Below are positions 63,871 through 64,000 of a DNA stretch of 64,000 bases, piece after piece. The stretch is from assembly GCF_030028105.1 (NCBI RefSeq), contig NC_092379.1:27831821-27895820 (forward strand), read 5' to 3'. Position 1 is the first letter of the stretch. Each line of letters opens with the position of its first letter. Position numbers and translations under genes: made by a program. The notes below the pieces were generated by a model. That model worked only from the letters and a program-made list of their open reading frames with translations, searched no databases and was not told the DNA's origin. This DNA is from Mobula birostris (Eukaryota).

Positions 63871-64000
63871 GTCTGTCATAAGGCGGGGGGGGGGGGGGGG
63901 CGAGCGGGGGATGGTGCGTTGCGACTGTACCCAAATGCAAGATACAGACTCTGAAGCACTAGGAATAGGACCGGACCAAGACAGTAGGACGGGGCAGGTC

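Noticed and set aside
1-64000. TCR D, J or constant exons; IgH-like V segments
   Set aside because: A manual scan found no 12-RSS followed by an FGXG motif, no C1-set exon, and no V with IgH-type framework motifs.

Overview
Repeat-rich vertebrate DNA, most likely from a cartilaginous fish (inferred from the repeat families and the GPCR family). It is part of a T-cell receptor alpha/delta-type V-segment array. Five V segments each carry a 23-bp-spacer RSS. Three are intact: V1 (minus strand, 16273-16704), V2 (38733-39206) and V4 (52588-53062). Two are pseudogenes: V3 (~40686-41133) and V5 (~58826-59556). No D, J or C segments were found. V2-V5 are one family and sit in tandemly duplicated cassettes. 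The cassettes carry a near-consensus CTCF-like motif ~600 bp upstream of the leader, and two carry a co-duplicated, already dead GPR139/142-like GPCR pseudogene. A third GPCR pseudogene lies at 2.6-3.5 kb. The remainder is transposable-element DNA: a full-length L1 with nested CR1 and poly(A) insertions, a rearranged non-autonomous LTR element, solo LTRs, a Gypsy pol remnant, CR1, Rex/Babar, Penelope, RTE and SINE fragments, and a DNA-transposase remnant. All alignments were made by eye; no searches were run.
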